Origin: the human T2T-CHM13v2.0 reference genome, Homo sapiens
DNA: 64,000 bases
NCBI RefSeq assembly: GCF_009914755.1
Contig: NC_060943.1
Reading direction: 5' to 3' (one strand)
Positions within the stretch are counted from its first letter, which is position 1. Every line of letters begins with the position of its first letter. Shown here one piece after another: positions 1 to 15,337 of the stretch. The notes under the pieces are model-generated. The model did not search any database. It saw only the letters and a list, made by a program, of their open reading frames with translations, and had not been told where the DNA came from. Both the position numbers and the translations under genes were made by a program.

Positions 1-254
1 TCGGCTCACTGCAAGCTCCACCTCCTGGGTTCACGCCATTCTCCTGCCTCAGCCTCCCGAGTAGCTGGGACTACAGGCGCCCACCACCACACCCGGCTAA
101 TTTTTTTTGTATTTTTTTTAGTAGAGACGGGGTTTCACCATGTTAGCCAGGATGGTCTCGATCTCCTGACCTCATGATCCGCCTGCCTCGGCCTCCCAAA
201 GTGCTGGGATTACAGACGTGAGCCACCGTGCCCGGCCGAAATTCACATATTTAA

Positions 255-434
<180 letters not shown>

Positions 435-614
435 TGAGTAGCTGGGACTACAAGACACATGCCACCATGCCTGGCTAGTTTTTGTATTATTTGTAGAGAT
501 GGGGTTTCGCCATGCTACCCTGGCTGGTATCGAACTCCTGAGCTCAAGCAATCCTCCCATCTCGGCCTCCCAAAGTGCCGGGATTACATGCATGAGCCAC
601 CGTGCCCGGCCTGA

Positions 615-1226
615 TTCCAGGTCTGATAGAAAAACTCAACCAACTGCCTATTGGAAAAACTTTGAATCTGCATATGACCTGGAAGCCCCACTTCCAGTTG
701 TCCCACCTTTCTGGACTGAACCAATGTACATCTTTTTTTTTTTTTTTTTGAGACGGAGTCTCGCTCTATTGCCCAGACTGGAGTGCAGTGGCACATCTTG
801 GCTCCCTGCAAGCTCCGCCTTCTGGGTTCATGCCCTTCTCCTGCCTCAGCCTCCTGAGTAGCTGGGACTACAGGTGCCCGTCACCATGCCCGGCTAATTT
901 TTTGTATTTTTTTCTGGTAGAGACGGGGTTTCACCGTGTTAGCCAGGATGGTCTCGATTTCCTGACCTCATGATCCACCCGCCTCAGCCTCCCAAAGTGC
1001 TGGGATTACAGGCGTGAGCCACCGCGCCTGGCCGAACCAATGTACATCTTATACGTATTGACTGATGTTTCCCTAAAATGTGTAAGACCAAGCTGTAGCC
1101 TGACCACTTTGGGGGCACATGTTCTCAGGGTCTCCTGGGGTTATGTTATGGGCCATTGGTCACTCATATTTAGCTCAGAATAAATCTCTTCAAATATTTT
1201 ACAGACTTTGATTCTTTTCACCAACA
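615..1226 (+). mobile_element. MER4-family LTR 3' part, split by AluY (733-1033, -)
   Basis: MER4-like end ctcagaataaatctcttcaaatattttacag...caaca; Alu TSD gaaccaatgtacatctt at 718-734 and 1034-1050. Confidence 0.65.
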
Positions 1227-1477
1227 TCCATATGAGAATTTAGTTCATCATACAGACATATCACAAGTCAAGTCAGAAAAGGCAAATTATGTAAAAAAAA
1301 AAAGTGCTTAGGAAACTAGAAAACTAGAAAATTTTTTTTTAATTAAAAAATTTTTTAAAAATTCCTAAATAAATAACTGATAGAAAAGAGAATGAGGGCT
1401 GGGTGCAGTGGCTCACACCTGTAATCCCAGCATTTTGGGAGGCCAAGGGGGGAGGATCACCTGAGGTCAGGAGTTCA

Positions 1478-1798
<321 letters not shown>

Positions 1799-2649
1799 TT
1801 ATTTTTTTAGAACGTCCACCAATGCTGCTTTGATTCAAGTCCACATGATCTGTCATCTGGGCTGTAGGTAGCCTGGCACCCTTCCTGCCCATTCTGCAGG
1901 GGAACATCATTGTACACATTTTTTTTTTAACACCCGGTGCTCTTACTTCCCTCCAGAAGGAAACCTAAACTCCAGTGTCCTCCATGATCTGACTCCTGTT
2001 TTTTGCTCCAACTCCATCTCTTGTTCCATCACCCTCCTGTCTTCTAATCCATCCTTTGTATTAAGAAGCAAATTACCTAAACCTTTTAAATAAGGCAAAA
2101 GGATGACCGCATTACTGTTCAGTATCATGCTGAAGCATTGTCTGACAGGCCTAGCTAGTTCTTTCCTTCTCAAGGCAATGTTCGTTTGTTTGCTTGAGAC
2201 CTGGACTCTGTGAAGTTATTGCCAACCCACAGGGAATTAATCAATTGCAAATGATTTTTGTCCAGTCGAGTTGCAAATTACTTCAATTGCTTCTGTTCAG
2301 TTAAAAAGATTACCCCTAAATGGCCAGGCGTCATGGCTCATGCCTGTAATCCCAGCACTTTGGGAGGCCAAGGTGGGTGGATCATTTGAGGCCAGGAGTT
2401 TGAGACTAGCCTGGCCAATACGGTGAAACCCCATCTCTACTAAAAATACAAAAATTATCTGGGTGTGGTGGCACATATGCCTGTAATCACAGCTACTACG
2501 CCTCAGGAGGCTGAGGTGGGAGAATCACTTGAACCCGAGAGGCAGAGGTTACAGTGAGCTGAGATTGCGCCGCTCACTCCAGCCTGGGTGACAGAGTGAG
2601 ACTGCACCAAAACAAACAAATGAAAAAAAATGAAATAATGTGTTAATAA

Positions 2650-3067
<418 letters not shown>

Positions 3068-3659
3068 TAATTTTAATTTTAAAAGATCTGTCAGTCATTG
3101 ACAGATGAATGGATAAACAAAATGTGTGTATATACATATAATATAATGAAATATTTTGTGGCTTTAACAAAGAACATTCTCCTGAGCATGGTGCCTCATG
3201 CCTATAATCCCAACACTTTGGGAGGCTGAGGCGGGAGGATCACTCAAGGCCAGGAATATGAGACCAGCCCGGCCAACATGGTGAAACCCCATCTCTACTA
3301 AAAATACAAAAATTAGCCGGACATGGTGGCGCACACGTGTAATCCCAGCTACTCGGGAGGCTGAGGCAGGAGAATCGCTTGAACCTCGGAGGTGGAAGTT
3401 GCATTCCAGCCTGGGCGACAAGAGTGAGGCTTTGTCTCAAAATAATAATATAAAAATAATAATAATAATAAATAGAAAAACAACAAAAAATAAAAAACAA
3501 ATTAGCTAATTGGGAGACTGATGTGGGAGGATTGCTTGATCTCAGGTCTTTGGGATTGTAATGAGCTATGATTGTGCCACTGCACTCCAGCCTAGGTGAC
3601 AGAGTAAGACCCTGACAAAAAAGAAGAAAGAAAAAAAAAGAGAGAGGAGAGAGAGAGAG

Positions 3660-4015
3660 AAAGAACATTCGGACACATATACAGCATACATGAACCTTGG
3701 CAATATTTCACTTAAATGAAATAAGTCAGTCACAAAAAGACAAACAGTGTATACTTCCGTCTATGAAGTAGGTACCACAGTCAGAATTATAGAGACAGAA
3801 AGTGGTATGGTGGTTCATTAGGGGCTGGGGAGGGTGAATGAGGGATGAGTGTTACGGGACAGAGTTTCAGCTTGGGGAGATGAGAAGATTCTGAATATGG
3901 AGGATAGTGATGGCTGCTGTGAATATACTTAATGCCACTGAATAGTACACTTAAAATGGTTAAGATGGTGAACTGTATGTTATGTATATTTTACCATCAT
4001 TTTAAAAATTGAAAA
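3660..4015 (+). mobile_element. L1MB-type 3' end (similar pieces at 19720-20090, 23600-24290, 33520-33870, 54940-55290, 60670-60920)
   Basis: gaaataagtcagtcacaaaaagacaaa...tacacttaaaatggttaagatgg. Confidence 0.6.
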
Positions 4016-4178
4016 AAACTTTTTTCTTATTGTTCAGTTCCTCCCAAACTTGCCATCAATGAAATTTTCCCCATCACTCTACCCAGATCGCTGTTTCTAA
4101 TGTTTTCCATGCCATTAAATGTGATGGATATTCTTCAGCCTTTATTTTGCTTAGCCTTATAGCATCGTTTTACATGGT

Positions 4179-4671
4179 TGTTAGAAATAAATCTTGGAGT
4201 CATAAAGAAAAATGAGCACTCAAACAAAGGATTTCTCAGCAAAGCAAATTTACTTCTGCGCAGAAGGGTGCTTCTCGTAGGGTTGGCTGCTACAAGAGCA
4301 CCCTGAACAAAGGAGAGTAGCAACTTTTATTCTTAATGCGACTCTTGACTTTGTGTGTCCTTTCCCCATTGGCTGGGGTCGGACAGCACAATCTAAACTA
4401 GACTTGATTGGTTACACATTTAAACTGTCTTAGATAAGGTGGGTGTGTGATGGGAGACAGAGGAGAGGAGGAAGGGGTCTTCTACAGAGGACTAGACAGC
4501 TAGTCTATTCTTAAATAAGGAAAGAAATGTGAGCTGGGGCTATGGCATATCTGGGCATGCAGCAAAATCAGAAAGAAGAAAAGGAGAAGAAAGTGTGTGG
4601 GGGGGGTACTTGGAATTAGAGAATAAGAAGCTGAGCAGGCTGTTTGAAGAGAAATCTTGCTGTATCTCGCA
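4179..4671 (-). mobile_element. Solo ERV1 LTR, LTR10-family (LTR10B-like)
   Basis: TG...CA ends, TSD ATGGT (4174-4178, 4672-4676); shares motifs with the LTR10C at 52377. Confidence 0.65.
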
Positions 4672-5029
4672 ATGGTTGACTCTCCCTCTCTTGAAACAGG
4701 ACTTACGACATGTCCACAGCCTGTTTAACGCCCTGCAGCCAACGCGATCACAGGGGATTCACGGAAATAGTTGCATCTCTATTTTCTTCTGTGTTACCTT
4801 GAGACCCTTAGGCACTGGGATTACAGAGAGATGGGTCTTTGTAGCTTCTGCGACACATTCCAGAGGGGAAAACCTCTTTATCTCAAAGCCAAACCAATAG
4901 TGATGAAAGCTCTTCCAAGAATAAAGAGGCCCCAAGAGGGTGGGAGGTGCAGAGAGAGTCACCTGGCTTCAGAGCTGCCTTCTTGGAAACAGAATTAGAA
5001 CACATCATACCTTTCTGCCATTTGCTCTT

Positions 5030-5140
5030 GATCCCAAGGGAGCCGAATGGGTTGGAGAGTAGAACATCACTGGAACAGTGGATTTAATGAGGAAGGATGA
5101 GACATCAGCTCCCTGGGGCTTGAGAAACCATAAATACTTC
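5030..5140 (+). promoter_or_regulatory. Putative OR7D2 promoter (O/E plus homeodomain sites)
   Basis: TCCCAAGGGA 5032-5041 (EBF/Olf-1 palindrome), TAATGAG 5085-5091, TCCCTGGGG 5110-5118, CATAAATA about 5129; unique sequence about 6.8 kb upstream of the CDS. Confidence 0.55.
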
Positions 5141-5457
5141 CCTAAAACACCTCACCTGGACAGTTTCCTGACGCCACACTCATGCATCTTAGAGAGGAGA
5201 GTTAGGATGACTTCATGACAAGTTCCATCTCCCCGCCTTTCCCTGCTAGATTCTGTCTTCAGCATTCAACAGTCAGGGGAGGAAGACGTCATACCAGCAT
5301 TTTTTTTTTTCAAGCAATGTCAGTTGAGTGACTCACACTATCCTTGTTAGTACCGTGTGTGAAAAGGATTTAAAAAGTAGTGTGGGGAGGAACAGAGATG
5401 GAGGTAACAGGGTTGATAATGTCTCATGATTTTTAAAATGTCTCTAGGATTCCCTTA

Positions 5458-5736
<279 letters not shown>

Positions 5737-5981
5737 TCAAAAAAAAAAAAAGATTCTATTGCAACTGTTTCTGTCACCTCCACCTCTGATGGCCTTTCAT
5801 TCTGGAAACTAGTGACTTTCTCAATGTCAGTAGGAACTGGCACTTCCTTGAGTGGATTCCTTTCAGTCTACCTGCTAACACCTTCCTTTTTCTTCTCTAG
5901 TATAATATAATAGTTCTCGGCCGGGTGCAGTGGCTCATGCCTATAATCCCAGAACTTTAGGAGGCCGAGGCGGGTGGATCA

Positions 5982-6269
<288 letters not shown>

Positions 6270-7636
6270 TTACATATATTATCATTGCAATTGTGAATGG
6301 ACTTTTTTTCCTCTTATTTTTTCTCATGGCTGTTTGCAGATACATAAGAAAGCTGATGACACTGATTAGTTGTAATTAATTGTGTTTAAGTTGACTTTTT
6401 TTTTTTTTGAGACAGGGTCTTTCTGGGCTCAAGCAAACCTCCTGCCTTGGCCTCCCAAGTAGCTAATTTTTTAAAAATCTATTTTTGTAGAGGCAAGTGT
6501 CTCATTTTGTTGTCTAGGCTGGTCTCAAACTCCTGGCCTCAAGAATTTCTCCTGCCTTAGCCTCTCAAAGTGCTGGGATTACAGGCAGGAGTCACAGCAC
6601 CCAGCCAGGCTGTTACATTTTATTAAATGAATTTTAGCTTATGTTAAAACCATGGTTTCTTTTTCTGCCTTGCTCTATTCACGCATATACTTTGTTATCT
6701 GACTTGCCGATATTAAATTTTTTACACTCTTAGGATAAATATTCATTAGTAATGGAGTGTGTTATTTTATCCAAAAGATAACTTCATTTCACTCCCCTTT
6801 CAGGCTTTTGCATCTGTTGTCAACATGAGATTAATTTGCAGATTTCTTGTTTGTCTTATATGTGATTTTTTTTTTTTTTACCTTCATTCAGCTTTCCATG
6901 ATGAGTACAAAGCCTTGGGGAATATCTGGATAAAGTAAAATTTTCTAGAATGTGATCTGGACTTGCCACAAAGAAACTTCAGGTTCGTCGGGCTTCATGG
7001 TGTATTTGTCTAAATATTTAAGTAAAAAATAATGCTGGCTGGGCACAGTGGTTCACGCCTGTAATCCCAGCACTTTAGGAGGCTGAGGCGGGTGGATCAC
7101 CTGAGGTCATGAGTTTGAGACTAGCCTGGCCAACATAGTGAAACCCTATCTCTATTAAAAATACAAAAATTAGCCGGGTGTGGTGGCGAGCATCTGTAGT
7201 CATAGCTACTCAGGAGGCTGAGGTGGGAGGATCGCTTAAGCCCAGGAAGTGGAGGTTGCAGTGAGCTATGATCATGCTACTGCACTTCAGCCTGGGCAAC
7301 AGACCCAGACCCTGTCAAAAAAAAAATTGTTTCACATAACTACAGTGCAATGATCACAATCAGGAAATTGGCATTAATACCATATTATATATAGTATTAT
7401 AGATATATAATACACTATTTGCTATATACTATATTAGTAATATAGTAATTAGTATATAGCATTAATATAATACTATAAAATTTACAGAGCTCATTTATAT
7501 TTTATTTTTTTATTTCTTCTCATTTATATTTTAATTATCCCAATAATGTCATCTATAGCAAAAGAAAGACTCAAGTCATCCATTACATTTGATTGATATG
7601 TCTTTTTTGCCTCCTTTAATCTGGAACATTTCCTAG

Positions 7637-7966
<330 letters not shown>

Positions 7967-8299
7967 TGACATTTTTGAAGAGCACAAGTGAGATATTGTG
8001 CCCCTCAAGCTCAGTTTGTGTGATGTTCCCTACTCTTTAAAGTTCTGCGTCTTTGGCAGGAATCCCACAGAAATGATGTTTCGCTGTTTCCAGTGAATCC
8101 TATCAGAAAGCACATGTTTATTATGTCCCATTAAGAATCTCCTTGACCATGTAATAGGGGTGCTATAAAATCAGTGTTAAGATAGATGGTTGGGATTAGA
8201 GAGTCCATTTTCTAGAATTCTATTTTGTTTGGGACGTTATAAAATGGATATTTAATATGGGTGGTTAACTATGAGATATTTCCTCACGCCTGTTAGAAT

Positions 8300-9473
8300 T
8301 GTTTATTATTATTATTCTTTTACCTATGAATTGGCATTTTTGTTTATTTATCAGTTTGTGAAAATGTCCTTAATTTGTTGAGGTAGCAAACAAATTTCAA
8401 CTTTGATTGCTATGCAAAACCAGAAGATAATCTGCTTTGCAATGAACTTTATACAGTTCAGCTGCATATAGGCAACATGCTATATATGAAAAAAATACTA
8501 ACTGAACTACAGGTATTAAATACTGAAATGAGTTAACAGTTTATTATAATTTATTGTATTTAACAATCTAGGAAGTTCGCAGCCATCAGCAGTTCTAGTG
8601 CAATTTCAGGCGCAACTGGGAATTCGGGAATCTCGGTGGAGCTGTTAGCGTAGCGAACCTTGTACATAAAATACATGCATACTTTATTTATTTATTTATT
8701 TATTTATTATCATTATTATTATTATTTTTGAGACGGAGTCTCGCTCTCTCGCCCAGGCTGGAGTGCAGTGTCGCGAGATCTCGGCTCACTGCCAGCTCCG
8801 CCTCCCGGGTTCACGCCATTCTCCTGCCTCAGCCTCACGAGTAGCTGGGACTATAGGCGCCCGCCACCACGCCTGGCTAATTTTTTTTGTATTGTTAGTA
8901 GAGACGGGGCTTCACTGTGTTAGCCAGGATGGTCTCGATCTCCTGACCTGGTGATCCGCCCTCCTCGGCCTCCCAAAGTGCTGGGATTACAGGCGTGAGC
9001 CACCGCGCCCGGCCACATGCATATACTTTTGATAGCACATGTGAAGGGATCTCTCTAAAATGGACCTCATCGGCTTCGTTCTCAGCAAATTGACCTGGGC
9101 CACTCAACATGGCTTTTATCGTGCCCGATGTTAATGCACGTTCTTTTTTGACAATAAATTCATGGCCATCAGATAATATCAATTTGACATACACGGCATC
9201 AGGGCCTTCACAGCCACCGTAGGTTTTCTTCTCACCATCCATTTTGTTCTTACGAAATTCTACTTTGCTTCCCCAGGAACTTTAGTAGTTTCTCGTCAGG
9301 CCCACAGCCAGCGCAGCAGGGTCCGTGTGTACTGCCACAGCCCCTATTCCAAGGCCGCCCCACCCCGCCCCGCCAACCCAGCTGCCTGCTCCCGTGGGTG
9401 GGTTCCGGGGCAGTGGAAAGAATTACTTCAGCTGGGTCAGAGCCGCTTTCTGTGACTGGTGGGAGATCCGTGT
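8300..9473 (-). pseudogene. Processed Elongin C (ELOC/TCEB1) pseudogene interrupted by AluY
   Basis: Intronless [32 protein letters not shown]... from 9242, resuming after the Alu as [41 protein letters not shown] (stop 8562-8560); 5'UTR to about 9473, AATAAA at about 8345, degraded poly(A) at about 8300-8320. Confidence 0.92.
8686..9014 (-). mobile_element. AluY inside the ELOC pseudogene CDS
   Basis: Full-length; TSD acatgcatacttt 8673-8685 and acatgcatatacttt 9015-9029 (one copy has a 2-bp slippage). Confidence 0.9.
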
Positions 9474-9856
9474 AATTTTTTATTTTAAGACATGGTCTCG
9501 CCCTGTCACCTAGGCTCAAGTTCAGTGTCACAATCTCAGCTCACTGCATCCTCGAACACTGTGGCTCAAAGCGATCCTCCCGCCTCAGCCTCCTGAGTGG
9601 CTGGGACTACAGGCACATGCCACCATGCCCAGCTAATTTGGTTTATTTTTTTGTAGAGAGCAAGTCTTACTGTGTTGTTCGGGCTGGTCTTGAACTCCTG
9701 GCCTCAAGCAATCTTTTCATCTCAGCCTCCCAAAGTGCTGGTATTACAGGCGTGAGCCACCATGCCTGACCTTAGAATTATTAACCATTACTAGCGGTTA
9801 GCTAACAATTGGCTCTATTATTAGCTAACTATTAACTAACTATTCACTATTATTAA

Positions 9857-10189
<333 letters not shown>

Positions 10190-10427
10190 CAAGAGTTGGC
10201 AAGGGTGAGAAGAAAAGGGAACCCCTTGTGCCCTGTCGGTGGTAATGTAGATTGGAGCAGACATTATGGGAAATAGTGTGAGGGTTCCTAAAGGAATTAA
10301 ATAGAGGCCGGGTGTGGTGGCTTACGCCTGTAATCCCCAGCACTTTGGGAGGCCAAGGCGGGTGGATCACTTGAGGCCAGGAGTTCAAGACCAGCCTGGT
10401 CAACAAGGTGAAACCCTGTCTCTACTA

Positions 10428-10601
<174 letters not shown>

Positions 10602-10882
10602 TCAAAAAATAAAAAGGAAAAAGAAATTAAAATTTTGAGACTCTTTCTCAAAAAATAAAAATAATAAAATCAAAAAGAAGAAATTTAAAATAAAAGAAAT
10701 TTAAAATAAAAAGAAATTAAATATGATCCAGCAATCCCTCCCCTGGATATGTATCCAAAGAAAATGAAATTGCCACTCGTAAAGATATCTGCATGCTCAT
10801 GTTCATTGCAGCATTACTTGCAAAAGTCAAGATATGGAAACAACCTAAGTGTCTGCTGATGGAGAAATGGCTAAAGAAAATG

Positions 10883-11003
10883 TGATATATATGTATATGT
10901 ACATTTGTGTGTGTGTATATATTTGTGTATATATATTCCATTGTGTGTATATATATGTATGTGTGTGTATATATATGTATGTGTATGTGTGTGTATATAT
11001 ATT
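10883..11003. repeat. Compound (TG)n/(TA)n microsatellite
   Basis: tgtgtgtatatatttgtgtatatata... Confidence 0.85.
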
Positions 11004-11762
11004 TTTACACAATTTTTACAATCAATATTATTCCACTGATTGATAAAATAGGAATAGATCCTGCCATTTGCCACAACATGGATGAATCTGGAGGCCATTA
11101 TGTTAAGTAGAATAAGTCAGATGCAGAAAGAAAAATATTGCATTTTTTCACTTCTATGTGGAATATTTTTTTTAAAGTCAAATATAGAGAATAAAACAGT
11201 GGTTACCAGAGGAGGGGTGCGGCTGGGGGAGAAAATGAAGAAGATGTAGGATAATGGATATAAAGTAGCAGATATATAGGATAAACGAGTCTAGAGATCC
11301 AGTGTACCCATGAAAATTATAGTCAATAACAGTATGTAGTATTCCGGATTTATGCTACATCAGTAGACTGTAGCTGTTCTTGCTATAAAGAAAATGGGTA
11401 ACTATGTAAGACGATGGATATGTTCATTTGTTTCACTACAGTAACCATTTTACTATCTATATGTATCTCATAACATATATAGTATACGTTGAATATACAG
11501 AATATAATTAATTTTTAAATAATTAAATATATGGGTGGTTGAGATGAGAGACTTCATTTTTTAGAATTCCATTTACGTATGAAAGATTAGACAAAATGAG
11601 TCCATAAATCACAAGTAAATAGTATGGACAACATTTCTATTACATGAAGGATGCCCGTTGGATGTTAACTGATGTTTCTCTTACCGCTTCCTTTTAAATA
11701 AATAAATAAATATAATTTTAAATAAATATGTATATTTTAAAATAAATACATATATACATAGT

Positions 11763-11945
11763 TTTATTTTTATTTTATTTTTTATTTTTATTTTTTGAGA
11801 CAGTTCTCCCTCTATTGCCCAGGCTGGAGTGCAGTGGTGTAAACATAGCTCCCTGCAGTTGCAAATTCCTGGGCTCAAGTGATCCTTCCATCTCAGCCTC
11901 CCGAGTAGCTGGGACTACAGGTGTCCACCACCATGCCTGGCTAAT
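11763..11945 (-). mobile_element. Alu monomer (right-arm/FRAM-like) abutting the OR7D2 splice acceptor
   Basis: ttttgagacag...ccatgcctggctaat directly followed by gacctcttcttttgtag|atacatcagctacATG. Confidence 0.8.
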
Positions 11946-11975
11946 GACCTCTTCTTTTGTAGATACATCAGCTAC

Positions 11976-12914
11976 ATGGAAGCAGGAAACCAAACAGGAT
12001 TTTTAGAGTTTATCCTTCTCGGACTCTCTGAGGATCCAGAACTACAGCCGTTCATATTTGGGCTGTTCCTGTCCATGTACCTGGTGACGGTGCTGGGAAA
12101 CCTGCTCATCATCCTGGCCATCAGCTCTGACTCCCACCTCCACACCCCCATGTACTTCTTCCTCTCCAACCTGTCCTGGGTTGACATCTGTTTCAGCACT
12201 TGCATCGTCCCCAAGATGCTGGTGAACATCCAGACCGAGAACAAAGCCATCTCCTACATGGACTGCCTCACACAGGTCTATTTCTCCATGTTTTTTCCTA
12301 TTCTGGACACGCTACTCCTGACCGTGATGGCCTATGACCGGTTTGTGGCTGTCTGCCACCCTCTGCACTATATGATCATCATGAACCCCCACCTCTGTGG
12401 CCTCCTGGTTTTTGTCACCTGGCTCATTGGTGTCATGACATCCCTCCTCCATATTTCTCTGATGATGCATCTAATCTTCTGTAAAGATTTTGAAATTCCA
12501 CATTTTTTCTGCGAACTGACGTACATCCTCCAGCTGGCCTGCTCTGATACCTTCCTGAACAGCACGTTGATATACTTTATGACGGGTGTGCTGGGCGTTT
12601 TTCCCCTCCTTGGGATCATTTTCTCTTATTCACGAATTGCTTCATCCATAAGGAAGATGTCCTCATCTGGGGGAAAACAAAAAGCACTTTCCACCTGTGG
12701 GTCTCACCTCTCCGTCGTTTCTTTATTTTATGGGACAGGCATTGGGGTCCACTTCACTTCTGCGGTGACTCACTCTTCCCAGAAAATCTCCGTGGCCTCG
12801 GTGATGTACACTGTGGTCACCCCCATGTTGAACCCCTTCATCTACAGCCTGAGGAACAAGGATGTGAAGGGAGCCCTGGGGAGTCTCCTCAGCAGGGCAG
12901 CCTCTTGTTTGTGA
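11976..12914 (+). CDS. OR7D2: Olfactory receptor 7D2, intact single coding exon, 312 aa
   Basis: Uninterrupted ORF with N-glycosylation sequon NQT and OR motifs [47 protein letters not shown]; sequence recognised as OR7D2. Confidence 0.95.
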   Translation: MEAGNQTGFLEFILLGLSEDPELQPFIFGLFLSMYLVTVLGNLLIILAISSDSHLHTPMYFFLSNLSWVDICFSTCIVPKMLVNIQTENKAISYMDCLTQVYFSMFFPILDTLLLTVMAYDRFVAVCHPLHYMIIMNPHLCGLLVFVTWLIGVMTSLLHISLMMHLIFCKDFEIPHFFCELTYILQLACSDTFLNSTLIYFMTGVLGVFPLLGIIFSYSRIASSIRKMSSSGGKQKALSTCGSHLSVVSLFYGTGIGVHFTSAVTHSSQKISVASVMYTVVTPMLNPFIYSLRNKDVKGALGSLLSRAASCL

Positions 12915-13004
12915 TGGATCCCTTGGCCCCAGGACTAAGAAGTTTTGTGAGCACCAATGGCAAAAATGTTTTATTTTGAAATTCTTACTCTTTAAAATTA
13001 AAAA

Positions 13005-14700
<1,696 letters not shown>

Positions 14701-15019
14701 AGTTAACAATTAATCTCCAAGTAATTTCCTTGATGGCACTTCTGTCCTATGTGCTATTCAAAAATTGTGTCCTTGATCATCGTTCTTAATTCTCCATTAG
14801 TGAGTTCTGAACTTGGGTTTGAAGCATTTGCTATAGCTTTGTTATCTCAAGTGGTGGCACAGAGTTCTTAAGCTATTGATTGTTCACTGACTTTATTTCT
14901 ATGTGTTTGCATGTGGGTTTTTGTTGTTTGTGTGTTCGATCATGAACAGATCAACAGTGTTTATTTGTTTTCCTACTGGATGAAGTATGATTAAAATACG
15001 TATTTAAATATAGCTGGTT

Positions 15020-15201
15020 ATATCTCTCTGGTGTCTCTTCTTCTTCTAAGAATATCAGTCCTATTAGATCAGGGCCTGACCCTTATGATTTCAGTAAACT
15101 TTAATTACCTCCCTGAGGACCCTGTATCTAAAGACAGTCATCATATTGGGGGTGAGGACTTCACTATATTAATTTTGGGGGGTGCAATTTAGTCCATAAG
15201 A
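15020..15201 (-). mobile_element. MaLR LTR fragment (MLT1A/B-like)
   Basis: cagtcctattagatcagggcc...ttggggggtgcaatttagtccataa resembles the MLT1 terminus. Confidence 0.55.
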
Positions 15202-15337
15202 GATGTTTATGCAGATCTGAGAAAGTTTCTGCCAACTCTATGGGGAGCTCTAAAGCTAGGGCTGCTCTTTGGAGAATTCTCACATTGTGTAGAAATAACC
15301 AGGCCCTATTACCCCAGGAAGCGTGGGGCCTTGAGGG

